Assembly: GCA_044866005.1 (NCBI GenBank) | Contig: JBIOTN010000088.1 | Location: 1-56,694 of the forward strand | Source: Candidatus Rokuibacteriota bacterium | GTDB taxonomy: Bacteria; Methylomirabilota; Methylomirabilia; Rokubacteriales; DASRDR01 | DNA length: 56,694 bases | Reading direction: 5' to 3' | Part shown: positions 31,713 through 40,566 of the stretch, piece after piece | Layout: the number at the start of each line of letters is the position of its first letter | How positions within the stretch are numbered: the first letter of the stretch is position 1 | Notes under the pieces: generated by a model | Databases searched by the model: none | What the model was told of the DNA's origin: nothing | What the model saw: only the letters and a program-made list of their open reading frames with translations | Program-made: the position numbers and the translations under genes

Positions 31713-32702
31713 ATGGCGCAATCAGGGCGAGTCAAGCGGCAGCTCGTCAGCGAGGTCGTGCGGGAAAACCTCGAGCTCATCCGAGGGCTCCCGCCCCGCC
31801 AGCTTCGGCGCGGCCGTCGCGTCCGCGGCGCGGCGCTGCACGCGCTCCGGGTCGCGCTCGTCCCGGCCCTCCTCTTCGTCTCCCTCCACGCCGTCTCCAG
31901 CGGGGAGGGCGAGCGGCGGGCTCCCACGGGCGCACCCGCGGTCGAGGCGCAGCCGACCGCGCCCGCGCTGGCGGCGCCCCGGCCGATCGACCCGGCCGCC
32001 TTCCCCCTCGGGGTGAAGAAGATCATTCTCGACCCCGGCCACGGGGGCGCGGACCCGGGCGCGCCGACCTCCATCGGGCTGTCCGAGAAGCACCTCACGC
32101 TCGACATCGCCTCCCGCCTCCGGGCGCTCCTCGTGGAGGCCCAGTTCGACGTCGCGATGACCCGCACGCAGGACGACAGTGTGTCGCTGCGGGAGCGGGC
32201 ACAGTTCGCGAACAGCCAGAAAGGCGACCTCTTCGTCTCCATCCACGTCAACTCGCTCCCGACCCGGAAGCACCGGGGCGTGGAGACCTACTACGTCGGC
32301 CCCACCGACGACCCCCACGTCGAGCGTCTGGCCGGCTTCGACAACAGCGGCTCCGGCTACTCGATGGCGGACTTCCGGCGGCTTCTGGAAGGCGTCTACG
32401 TTCACGCCCGCCAGGCGGAGTCGCGGCGCCTCGCCGAGGTGGTCCACGGGGGATTCGTCACGTACCTGGAAAAGACCAACCCGGCCATCAAGGACGACGG
32501 CGTGAAGCGGGCCCCGTTCCTCGTCCTGGTGGCGACCGACATGCCCGGCATCCTCGTCGAGGTCACCTGTCTGTCGAACGACGAGGAGGCCAGGCTGCTG
32601 GCCAACCCGGGATACCGGCAGAACATCGCCCGCGGCCTCTTCGCCGGCATCCGCGCCTTCGCCGACGCGCGGAACCGGGCCGGCGGGACAGGGAGCTTGT
32701 AG
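31713..32702 (+). CDS. N-acetylmuramoyl-L-alanine amidase (Amidase_3) with N-terminal membrane anchor
   Basis: ILDPGHGGADPG, EK, SIHVN, RAPFLVL..MPGILVEV; basic N-terminus then hydrophobic helix. Confidence 0.92.
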   Translation: MAQSGRVKRQLVSEVVRENLELIRGLPPRQLRRGRRVRGAALHALRVALVPALLFVSLHAVSSGEGERRAPTGAPAVEAQPTAPALAAPRPIDPAAFPLGVKKIILDPGHGGADPGAPTSIGLSEKHLTLDIASRLRALLVEAQFDVAMTRTQDDSVSLRERAQFANSQKGDLFVSIHVNSLPTRKHRGVETYYVGPTDDPHVERLAGFDNSGSGYSMADFRRLLEGVYVHARQAESRRLAEVVHGGFVTYLEKTNPAIKDDGVKRAPFLVLVATDMPGILVEVTCLSNDEEARLLANPGYRQNIARGLFAGIRAFADARNRAGGTGSL

Positions 32703-33722
32703 ATGAGCAAGAACAAGGAAGCCCTCCGCGTCGGGATCGACCTGGGCACCTCGCGGAGCTCGATCTCCGGCTCGAACGGCACGCGGCACGTGGTGGAGAG
32801 CTACGTGGGCTGGCCGGTGGACACGGTAGCGCGGAAAGTCGTGAAGAAGCCCATTCTCTTCGGGCGCGAGGCGCTCGACAACCGGCCGATGCTGGAGCTC
32901 CACCGCCCGCTCGAGCGCGGGCTCATCAAGGAGGGCTCGGAGAAGGACGAGGCGGCGGTGCGCGAATTGCTGCGCCACCTCATCTCGCTGGGGGAGGCCG
33001 CCGAGGGGCAGAAGGTGTACGCGGTCGTCGGCGTCCCCGCCGAAGCGCTCCGGGTGAGCCGGCAGCATCTCCGGAACGCCGTGAAGGGCATCGCGGACGC
33101 GCTCCTGATCGTCTCCGAGCCGTTCGCGGTGGCCTACGGGATGGACGCCCTGCTCCACACGATGATCATCGACATCGGCGCGGGGACGACCGACTTCTGC
33201 GTCATGAACGGCCGCTACCCCACGGAGGACGAGCAGCGCACGCTCATGCACGCCGGGGACTGGCTCGACGAGCAGCTCGCCACGATGATCCGCACGCGGC
33301 AGCCCGACGCCCAGTTCTCGGTCCACATGGTGCGGGAGTGGAAGGAGAAGTGGAGCTTCGTCGGCGAGCCGAAGGGGCCCGTGCTCGTGACGGTGCAGGT
33401 CGGCGCCAAGGCGACCAGCCTCGACATCACCGCCGAGATGCGGCGGGCGTGCGAGGCCCTGCTCGCCCCCATCGCCGAGACGATGCTCGACCTCCTCGCG
33501 AAGGTGGAGCCGGAGTACCAGGAGCGCGTGCGGAACAACGTGGTCCTCGCCGGCGGGGGGTCCCAGGTCCCGGGCCTCGCCGACGCGCTCCAGCGCGTGC
33601 TCATGGACGTGGGCGGGGGGAAGGTGCGGGCGGTCGAGGACCCGATCTTCGCCGGCTCGAACGGGAGCCTCGCCCTCGCGCTCGACGCGGCGGAATCCGA
33701 CTGGGAGCAGCTGCCCGCCTGA
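32703..33722 (+). CDS. MamK-like bacterial actin
   Basis: GIDLGTS, SYVGWPVD, VVGVPA, VSEPFAVAYG, IDIGAGTTD, EPEYQ..NVVLAGGGS, DPIFAG..W.QL: segments characteristic of MamK rather than MreB. Confidence 0.85.
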   Translation: MSKNKEALRVGIDLGTSRSSISGSNGTRHVVESYVGWPVDTVARKVVKKPILFGREALDNRPMLELHRPLERGLIKEGSEKDEAAVRELLRHLISLGEAAEGQKVYAVVGVPAEALRVSRQHLRNAVKGIADALLIVSEPFAVAYGMDALLHTMIIDIGAGTTDFCVMNGRYPTEDEQRTLMHAGDWLDEQLATMIRTRQPDAQFSVHMVREWKEKWSFVGEPKGPVLVTVQVGAKATSLDITAEMRRACEALLAPIAETMLDLLAKVEPEYQERVRNNVVLAGGGSQVPGLADALQRVLMDVGGGKVRAVEDPIFAGSNGSLALALDAAESDWEQLPA

Positions 33723-33837
33723 CGCAGGGCCGGGGGACCGTCCCCGCGGCAGCGTTGCCGCCGGCCGACCGGCCCGACCCGAAGGACGCCGGCGGCACAG
33801 AGTGCCGCTCCGAGCGCGGGCTCCGCCCGCGCGACGT

Positions 33838-33879
33838 CCGGGGGGGTCCCTCCCAGGGGGGCGCTGCCCCCCTGGGAAG
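33838..33879 (-). repeat. Diverged family A-like hairpin
   Basis: cttcccaggggggcagcgcccccctgggagggaccccccc. Confidence 0.4.
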
Positions 33880-33986
33880 TCAGAAGTAGGGCGGCGGCCG
33901 GCCCGTCTGGCAGCGCGCCGCGAGACGGGCGAGGACGGGCGCCCGGGGTCGAGAGCCTCGGCGCGCCGGGCCGCCCGGCGCCCGCG

Positions 33987-33995
33987 TGCTACACT
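33987..33995 (+). promoter_or_regulatory. Extended -10 (TGcTACACT), leaderless start of NUDIX gene
   Basis: 7 nt before GTG 34003; no SD. Confidence 0.55.
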
Positions 33996-34002
33996 CGGCC
34001 TG

Positions 34003-34803
34003 GTGCCCGTCGAGCCCCGTCCCGCCGCCTCCGTCGTCCTCATCCGTCCCGGTCGCGAGAGCCCGATCGAGAGTTACCTCGTGCGGCGCGCCCCGGGTAT
34101 GCGGTTCCTCGCCGGCTACTACGCCTTCCCCGGCGGCAAGGTCGATCTCGCCGACCGGCGCGCCGAGGCGCTCGCGCGCGTCCACGGGCTCACCCCCGAG
34201 GTCGCGGCCGCCCGCCTCGACGACCCCGACGAGGGCGTACCCGCCCTGGCCTACTGGGTGACGGCCGTGCGCGAGCTCTTCGAGGAGACGGGGCTGCTCC
34301 TCGCCGTGACGGCCGATGGGCGCCCCGTGGAGGCCGGCCTGCCCGGCATGGCCGACCGGCTGGAGGCCCACCGCCGCGCGCTGGTCCGGGGCGAGCGCTC
34401 GTTCACCGCCGTGCTCGCGGCCGAGGGCTGGGCCGCCGCCCTCGCGCCGCTCGCCTACCTCTCCCACTTCGTCACGCCGCCCTCCAGCGCGATCCGCTTC
34501 TCCGCCCGCTTCTTCCTCTGCCCGCTGCCGCCGGGCCAGTCGCCGCGCCTCATCCCGGAGGAGACCAGCGAGGGGATGTGGGTGACGCCGGCCTCCGCGC
34601 ACGCCCGCGGCCGGACGGGGGAGTGGCCCATGGCCAAGCCGGCCGAGTACGCGATGCAGTACCTGGCGCAGTTCGACGCGTACGACGCCGTCTGGGCGCA
34701 CCACGCGGACGGGCAGTGCAAGTTTCGCGGCTTCGTCGAGCGCCTCGACGCCGCGCGCGCCGAGCTCGCCGACTGGGATCGGCTCGCCGCCCCGCGTGCC
34801 TGA
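34003..34803 (+). CDS. NUDIX hydrolase (Nudt19-like)
   Basis: PRPAASVVL, FPGGKVD, AVRELFEETG, HFVTP..RFSARFF. Confidence 0.88.
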   Translation: MPVEPRPAASVVLIRPGRESPIESYLVRRAPGMRFLAGYYAFPGGKVDLADRRAEALARVHGLTPEVAAARLDDPDEGVPALAYWVTAVRELFEETGLLLAVTADGRPVEAGLPGMADRLEAHRRALVRGERSFTAVLAAEGWAAALAPLAYLSHFVTPPSSAIRFSARFFLCPLPPGQSPRLIPEETSEGMWVTPASAHARGRTGEWPMAKPAEYAMQYLAQFDAYDAVWAHHADGQCKFRGFVERLDAARAELADWDRLAAPRA

Positions 34804-35644
34804 GTTCCGGCCGGCCGACTTCCCGCCGACCGCGCGGCTGACGAGCCGCGTCCGCCGGGTGCTCGGCCTCAACCCCGGCCTCATGACGGGGCCGGGGACG
34901 AATACCTACCTGATCGGCGAGCGCCGGCCGATCCTCCTCGACACGGGCGCGGGTGTCCCGGAGTACGTCCCGCTGCTCCGGACCTTCGTCGCGACCGAGC
35001 GGCTCGGCGACGTGCCGCGCGTCGTCCTGACCCACCGCCATCGCGACCACATGGGCGGCGTGCCGGACGTGCGGCGCCTCTACCCCCGGATCCCCGTCGC
35101 CAAGCTGGTGGTCAACGACGCGGACCTCCCGGTCCCCATGGAGTCGCTCGGCGAGGGCACGGTCGTCCGGGGCGAGGGCGTGACCCTCCGCGCGCTCCAC
35201 ACGCCCGGTCACGCCTCCGACCACCTCTGCTTCTACCTCGAGGAGGAGCGCGCGCTCTTCTCGGGAGACCTCGTCCTCGGGGGCTCGACGACCGTGATCC
35301 CGCCGGACGACGGCGACCTCGGACAGTACCTGGCCTCGCTCCGCCGGTTGCTCGAGCTCGACGTCGCCCGCATCTACCCGGGCCACGGGCCGGTGCTCGA
35401 GCCGGCGCGCCCCGTGATCGAGACGTACATCGCCCACCGGCTCGAGCGCGAGGCGCAGATCCTCGCGGCCCTCGGGGCGGGCGCGGAGACGGTTCGGGAG
35501 ATCGTCGCGCGGGTCTACCACGACGTCCCGTCGAGCCTTCATCCGGTCGCGCGCCTCTCGGTCCAGTCCCACCTGATCAAGGTCGAGCGCGAAGGCCGCG
35601 TCCGGCGGCTGTCCGGCGACCCGCCCCGCTACCGCCTCGGCTGA
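34796..35644 (+). CDS. MBL-fold metallo-hydrolase (LACTB2-like)
   Basis: NPGLMTGPGTNTY, THRHRDH, TPGH, SGD, PGHG. Confidence 0.9.
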   Translation: MPEFRPADFPPTARLTSRVRRVLGLNPGLMTGPGTNTYLIGERRPILLDTGAGVPEYVPLLRTFVATERLGDVPRVVLTHRHRDHMGGVPDVRRLYPRIPVAKLVVNDADLPVPMESLGEGTVVRGEGVTLRALHTPGHASDHLCFYLEEERALFSGDLVLGGSTTVIPPDDGDLGQYLASLRRLLELDVARIYPGHGPVLEPARPVIETYIAHRLEREAQILAALGAGAETVREIVARVYHDVPSSLHPVARLSVQSHLIKVEREGRVRRLSGDPPRYRLG

Positions 35645-35801
35645 CCGGCCGCCCGCGCGCGCGCGGCGCGCCTCACCCCGGATCCCTTTGTCCCCCGCCC
35701 GTACCCGTTCGCGGACGGCCCTCGCGGAGGACGGAGGCCCGGCGCGCTCCAACTCCGCGCCAGCGCTGGCCCGGGCCGCGTGAGGCTGGCGCGCGCGCGC
35801 G

Positions 35802-35817
35802 TGGCACCCGCGTTGCT
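35802..35817 (+). promoter_or_regulatory. sigma54 promoter of pilin-like gene
   Basis: TGGCACCCGCGTTGCT. Confidence 0.7.
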
Positions 35818-35843
35818 CTGGGAGGGGACGAGGAGGACGGGCG

Positions 35844-36290
35844 ATGCGCGGACAACGCGGCGTCACGCTGGTGGAGCTCGGCACCGTGCTCGCGGTGCTG
35901 GCCGTCGGGATCGGGCTGGTCGTCCCGGCCCTCGGCCGGGCCGTGCCGGCGCTGCGGACGCGGGGCGCGGCGGACGACGTCTACGCGGCGGTCCACCTCA
36001 CGCGGCAGCGGGCGCGCACCACCCGCGTCATGCACGCCCTGGTGATCGAGCGGGACGGGCACGCCTTCCGCATCGTGGAGGATCCCGGCGGGCGCGACCG
36101 GACCGTCGTCGGCCCGGCGGCCCTCGTCGACGAGGTCGTGGCGTCCGAAAACACGACCATCCGCTTCTCGCCGAACGGGTACGCCGTCCCCGCCGGCACG
36201 ATCACCGTGCGGTCGGGCGGGGAGGTGCGGCGCGTCGTGGTGAGCCTCCTCGGGCGGGTGCGGGTCGAAGACGGCGCGCGGCCGCGGTGA
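35844..36290 (+). CDS. FimT/GspH-like minor (pseudo)pilin
   Basis: Prepilin motif QRG|VTLVE, hydrophobic helix, IRFSPNG, VSLLGRVR. Confidence 0.85.
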   Translation: MRGQRGVTLVELGTVLAVLAVGIGLVVPALGRAVPALRTRGAADDVYAAVHLTRQRARTTRVMHALVIERDGHAFRIVEDPGGRDRTVVGPAALVDEVVASENTTIRFSPNGYAVPAGTITVRSGGEVRRVVVSLLGRVRVEDGARPR

Positions 36291-36348
36291 GGCGGCGGCG
36301 AGCCGCGCAGTGGTCATGGAGCGCGACGGGCGCGCAGGGAGGGATCCC

Positions 36349-36615
36349 ATGGCAACGGAGATGCGACGGGCACGGAACGGCCGCCAGGACGTCGGCGCGG
36401 CCTGGGAGAAGTCGGGGGCGAGCGGGCCTTTCCTCGCGCTGGAGATCGACGCCGGAGCGCTCGTGGCCGACGGGCTGGCGGCCCTCGTGCGGGGCGAGGA
36501 TCGCGTCACCTACCTGGCCTTCGTCAACGAGAAGAAGCCGGATGGGCGCGAGGGGCAGCCGGACCACCGGATCGTGCGGCCGTGGCGCCGCCCCGCCGGC
36601 GACGACGCGGCCTGA
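36349..36615 (+). CDS. Small hypothetical protein, DUF736-like
   Basis: VGAAWEK..FLAL..QPDHRI; RBS GGAGG. Confidence 0.5.
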   Translation: MATEMRRARNGRQDVGAAWEKSGASGPFLALEIDAGALVADGLAALVRGEDRVTYLAFVNEKKPDGREGQPDHRIVRPWRRPAGDDAA

Positions 36616-36667
36616 CGCGGGCGGGCTCCGGCGCCGGCGCGGGTGCCGGCGTTGGTTCCGACGGCGT

Positions 36668-36683
36668 CGGCATCTGGTTTGCT
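36668..36683 (+). promoter_or_regulatory. sigma54 promoter of DoxX-like gene
   Basis: CGGCATCTGGTTTGCT. Confidence 0.6.
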
Positions 36684-36721
36684 GCCTTCCGCGGGCCCGG
36701 GAAGGGCAGGAGGACGAGAAT

Positions 36722-37156
36722 ATGGCCCGTGTCATGGAAAGGCGCCCCGTCGACGTCGCACGCGGTGAGCTCGCGCGGATCGGTCGCAGCCCCGCGTACC
36801 AGGCGTACCAGATCCTTCGCTTCGGGTTCACCGTCGCCCCGATCATCGCCGGGGTCGACAAGTTCTTCGACTGGCTCGTGCCCTGGCACGAGTACCTGGC
36901 GCCGGTCGTGACCCGGATCGTCCCGGTCGAGCCCCACACGTTCATGATGGGGGTCGGCGTCGTCGAGATCGCCGCCGGCTTGCTGGTGGCCTTCGCGCCG
37001 CGCGTCGGCGGCTACGTGGTGGCCGCCTGGCTCGCGGGGATCATCGTGAATCTGCTCTTGATCCCGGGGTACTTCGATATCGCGCTGCGGGACCTCGGGC
37101 TGCTGCTCGGCGCCCTGGCCCTGGCCCGGCTCAGCGAGGAATTCCGCCGGGCCTGA
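36722..37156 (+). CDS. DoxX-family membrane protein
   Basis: AGVDKFF..W..YLAP, GVVEIAAG, DIALRD; RBS AGGAGG. Confidence 0.8.
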   Translation: MARVMERRPVDVARGELARIGRSPAYQAYQILRFGFTVAPIIAGVDKFFDWLVPWHEYLAPVVTRIVPVEPHTFMMGVGVVEIAAGLLVAFAPRVGGYVVAAWLAGIIVNLLLIPGYFDIALRDLGLLLGALALARLSEEFRRA

Positions 37157-37262
37157 GGTCGCTCGGCGAGGAGCCGCCGAGGCCCATCGACGGCGCAAGC
37201 GCGCCGACACGCCGAAGGCGAGAACAACGCCGCGCGGTCGGAACGAAGGGCGGTCGGAACGA

Positions 37263-37336
37263 AGCGCTCCGAGCGGCGGCCTCGCCGCCGCAACCGATGG
37301 GGGGCCTCGGGGGGTGTCCCGACACCCCCCCGAAGA
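37263..37336 (-). repeat. Repeat family A copy
   Basis: Reverse complement aligns over ~74 nt with 56455-56529, including tcggttgcggcggc..gccgccgctcggagcgct. Confidence 0.8.
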
Positions 37337-37338
37337 AT

Positions 37339-38091
37339 CTAGCGCTGGCGCTTGGCCGCCGCGGCGACGAAGGCCTCGAACAGCCGGCGCGCGGTCAGGT
37401 CACCGCCCAGCGCCAGCTCCTCGGGGTGCCACTGGACCCCGACGAGGAAGCTCGACGGGGCCGGGTCGTTCGCCTCGACCGCCTCGATCAGCCCGTCCGG
37501 CGCGAAGCCGACGGGGAGCAGCGCAGGCGCCAGGGCCTTGATGCCCTGGTGATGCATGCTGTTGACCGCGATCGGGCCGGCCCCGACGAGGTCCCCCAGG
37601 AACGAGCCGGCCAGCACGGTGACCTCGTGGCTCGGCTCGGGCCGGGGAACGGGCGGCGCGGCCCTGGACTGGTCGTGGAGCAGGGTCTCCGGCCGCTCCG
37701 TCGGCAGGTCCTGGTAGAGGGTCCCGCCCAGCGCGACGTTCAGGAGCTGGATCCCGCGGCAGACCGCGAAGACCGGCAGCGCGTCGCGCCGCGCCCACTC
37801 GAGGAGCTGGAACTCCATCGCGTCGCGCTCGCTCACCGTCTCGACGGTCGCGTGGGCGCGGGCCTCGCCGTAACGCGCGGGGTCCACGTCCTCCCCGCCG
37901 GTGAGCAGGAGCCCGTCCAGCAGCTCGTACAGGGCGTGGAGACTCTCGCCCTCGTGCGCCGGCGTCACCAGGAGCGGCAGGCCGCCCGCCTCGCGCACGC
38001 CCAGCACGTAGGGCTCGTTGAGGAACGTCCGCCGGGTCCCGATCCTCGAATTGAGCGCGACGGACCCCGTGATCCCGATCCGCGGCAGCAC
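37339..38091 (-). CDS. Gamma-glutamyl-gamma-aminobutyrate hydrolase family (peptidase C26)
   Basis: LLTGGEDVDP, CRGIQ, NSMHHQ, VQWHPE. Confidence 0.9.
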   Translation of the reverse strand: MLPRIGITGSVALNSRIGTRRTFLNEPYVLGVREAGGLPLLVTPAHEGESLHALYELLDGLLLTGGEDVDPARYGEARAHATVETVSERDAMEFQLLEWARRDALPVFAVCRGIQLLNVALGGTLYQDLPTERPETLLHDQSRAAPPVPRPEPSHEVTVLAGSFLGDLVGAGPIAVNSMHHQGIKALAPALLPVGFAPDGLIEAVEANDPAPSSFLVGVQWHPEELALGGDLTARRLFEAFVAAAAKRQR

Positions 38092-38097
38092 GAGCTC

Positions 38098-38126
38098 ACC
38101 GTATCAAACGGCAGTTACCCTGTCAA
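38098..38126 (-). promoter_or_regulatory. sigma70 promoter, leaderless start at 38091
   Basis: TTGACA-N17-TACGGT-N6-GTG. Confidence 0.65.
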
Positions 38127-38176
38127 AGCGCAGAGTTGACCCTGGCCCGCCCGGTGTGGTGGGATAGGGGTCGACC

Positions 38177-39934
38177 ATGACCGTCGATTCGACCACCGCG
38201 CGCATCGACCTCCCCTCGCGCCGCGCGTTGCGGCCCGATGCCCTCGGGACGCATCATGCCGTCGCGGCCGGCCATCCCCTCGCCGCGCTGGCCGCGTTCC
38301 GGATTCTCGAGGCGGGCGGCAACGCGGTAGATGCCGGGGTCGCCGGCGGGATCTGCCTCGGGGTGGTCCATCCCGACATCGTCAACGTCGCCGGCGTCGC
38401 GCCGATCATGGTCTACGACGCCGCCCGGCGGGAGGTCACGACGGTGTCGGGCCTCGGACCCTGGCCGGGGCGGGCGAGCGTGGAGTTCTTCCAGCGCCAG
38501 TGCGGCGGCGAGATCCCCCACGGGATCCTGCGCACGGTCGTGCCCGGCGCGCCGGATGCCTGGCTCACCGCCCTCGAACGCTGGGGCACGCTCGGCTTCG
38601 CCGAGGTGGCAGCCCCCGCGATCGAGCTCGCCCGGGACGGCTTCCCCATGAGCGCGTTCGTGGCGGAGATCATCGCCCAGAACCAGGCCAAGTACCGCCG
38701 CTGGCCGACGTCGGCCGCGGTCTACCTCCCGAGCGGGAAACCCCCGGCCGTCGGCCAGCGCTTCGTCCAGGCCGACCTCGGGCGCACGCTCGCGTACATG
38801 GCGGACGAGGACCGCGCAGCGCGGCGGCAGGGGCGGGCCGCCGGCCTCGCGGCCGCGCGGGCGGCGTTCTACCGGGGCGACATCGCGGCGGCGATCGTCC
38901 GCTACCATGCCCAGGAAGGCGGGCTCCTGACGCGCGAGGATCTGGCGGAGTTCCGCGTCGGGGTGGAGCCGCCGGTCCGGGGGGCCTACCGCGGGTACGA
39001 GGTCTACGCCTGCGGCTTCTGGTGCCAGGGACCGGTCCTCCTCCAGATGCTGAACCTCCTCGGCCCGCTCGACCTCGAGGCGCTCGGCCACAACTCCCCC
39101 GACTACATCCACGTCGTCACCGAGGCGATGAAGCTTGCGTTCGCCGATCGCGAGGCCTACTACGGCGATCCGCGTCACGTGAAGGTCCCGGCTTCGAGGC
39201 TGCTCGACCCCGCCTACGCCGACGCGCGCCGCCGGCTGCTCGACGAGCGGCACGCGTGCCCCGAGATGCCGCCGCCCGGCGACCCGGCCGGCGGGCAGGC
39301 GGTGCTCCCCTCCTGGACCGGCCCCGCCCCGAGCGGGCGGACGGCGCCCGCCTACGACACCTCGTACATCGCGGTCGTGGACCGAGCCGGGAACGCCTTC
39401 TCGGCGACGCCGAGCGACTCCTCCACCGACACCCCGATCATCCCGGGCACGGGCCTCGCCGTCTCCTCGCGGGGCTCCCAGTCCTGGCTCGTCCCCGAGC
39501 ACCCGAGCGCCGTCGCCCCCGGCAAGCGACCACGGCTGACGCCGAACCCCGCGATGGTGTTCCGCGAGGGCCGGCTCGTCATGCCCTTCGGGACGCCGGG
39601 CGGCGACGTCCAGTGCCAGGCGATGCTCCAGGTGCTTCTCAACCTCCTCGTCTTCGGCCAGTCCCCCCAGGCCGCCGTCGAGGCGCCCCGCTTCGCGACC
39701 CAGTCCTTCCCCGATTCGTTCTGGCCGCACCGGTACTTCCCGGGCCGGCTCACCCTCGAGGGCCGGATTCCCGACACGACGGCCGGCGCGCTGACCGCCC
39801 GGGGGCACCAGGTCGAGCGCTGGCCGGACTGGGCGTGGCGGGCAGGCGCGGTCTGTCTCGTCCGGGTGGACGAGGCCGGCGTCCGCTGGGGCGCTGCGGA
39901 CCCGCGCCGGGACTCCTACGCGGTCGCGTGGTAG
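38177..39934 (+). CDS. Gamma-glutamyltransferase family protein
   Basis: GGNAVDA, VPG, KLAFADR, catalytic DTS, GKRPRLT, GTPGGD, DPRR. Confidence 0.92.
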   Translation: MTVDSTTARIDLPSRRALRPDALGTHHAVAAGHPLAALAAFRILEAGGNAVDAGVAGGICLGVVHPDIVNVAGVAPIMVYDAARREVTTVSGLGPWPGRASVEFFQRQCGGEIPHGILRTVVPGAPDAWLTALERWGTLGFAEVAAPAIELARDGFPMSAFVAEIIAQNQAKYRRWPTSAAVYLPSGKPPAVGQRFVQADLGRTLAYMADEDRAARRQGRAAGLAAARAAFYRGDIAAAIVRYHAQEGGLLTREDLAEFRVGVEPPVRGAYRGYEVYACGFWCQGPVLLQMLNLLGPLDLEALGHNSPDYIHVVTEAMKLAFADREAYYGDPRHVKVPASRLLDPAYADARRRLLDERHACPEMPPPGDPAGGQAVLPSWTGPAPSGRTAPAYDTSYIAVVDRAGNAFSATPSDSSTDTPIIPGTGLAVSSRGSQSWLVPEHPSAVAPGKRPRLTPNPAMVFREGRLVMPFGTPGGDVQCQAMLQVLLNLLVFGQSPQAAVEAPRFATQSFPDSFWPHRYFPGRLTLEGRIPDTTAGALTARGHQVERWPDWAWRAGAVCLVRVDEAGVRWGAADPRRDSYAVAW

Positions 39935-40518
39935 GAAGAGGCGCCCGACTCCTCCTGATCCTGGCCCTCACCGGCTGCGCCGTCGAGGGCCCGGCGCCGG
40001 TCACGGTCCTCCCGCCGGCGCCGCCCCGCGTGCCGGCGCCCATCATCTCGGGCTTCGGCGACTGGGACGGCGCGGGGGGCGTGCCGCGCCCCTGGCAGCA
40101 CTACGGCATCGACATCCGCACCCCCATCGGGACGCCGGTCCTGGCCGCGGCCGATGGCGAGGTCCTGCGGGTCGGGCGCCACGCCCTCGCCGGCAAGAAC
40201 GTCGTGATCCTCCACGCGCCGGACTTCGCGACGGTCTACCTCCACCTTTCCGAGATTGCGGTCCGCGCCGGTCAGACGGTCTGGCGAGGCGACGTCATCG
40301 GGCGCGCCGGCATGACGGGCAACGCGACCACGCCGCACCTCCACTTCGGGGTCTGCCGCCGCCCCGAGGCGCAGTGCGGAGCGCGGCTCGATACCGGCTG
40401 GGAGGATCCGGTCCGCTACTGGGTCGAGGGCGATCCCTGCTTCGACGCCGAGCGGACCTACGCCGACCGCGCACTCCGCCTGACCTACCCCATCGCCTGT
40501 AGCGCCCCCGCCGCCTAG
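39928..40518 (+). CDS. M23 family peptidase lipoprotein
   Basis: Lipobox LTGC; HYGID, YLHL, PHLHF. Confidence 0.85.
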   Translation: MVGRGARLLLILALTGCAVEGPAPVTVLPPAPPRVPAPIISGFGDWDGAGGVPRPWQHYGIDIRTPIGTPVLAAADGEVLRVGRHALAGKNVVILHAPDFATVYLHLSEIAVRAGQTVWRGDVIGRAGMTGNATTPHLHFGVCRRPEAQCGARLDTGWEDPVRYWVEGDPCFDAERTYADRALRLTYPIACSAPAA

Positions 40519-40520
40519 CT

Positions 40521-40560
40521 GTTTCGGGGGGTCTCGGACCCCCCCGATGCGCCCGCCGCG
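40521..40560 (+). repeat. Repeat family A copy
   Basis: tttcggggggtctcggacccccccgatgc. Confidence 0.7.
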
Positions 40561-40566
40561 AAGAAG

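Noticed and set aside
32703..33722. Magnetosome gene cluster or ordinary mreB
   Set aside because: No other mam/mms/mad genes and no mreC/mreD in the window; motifs are MamK-like, but magnetotaxis cannot be inferred
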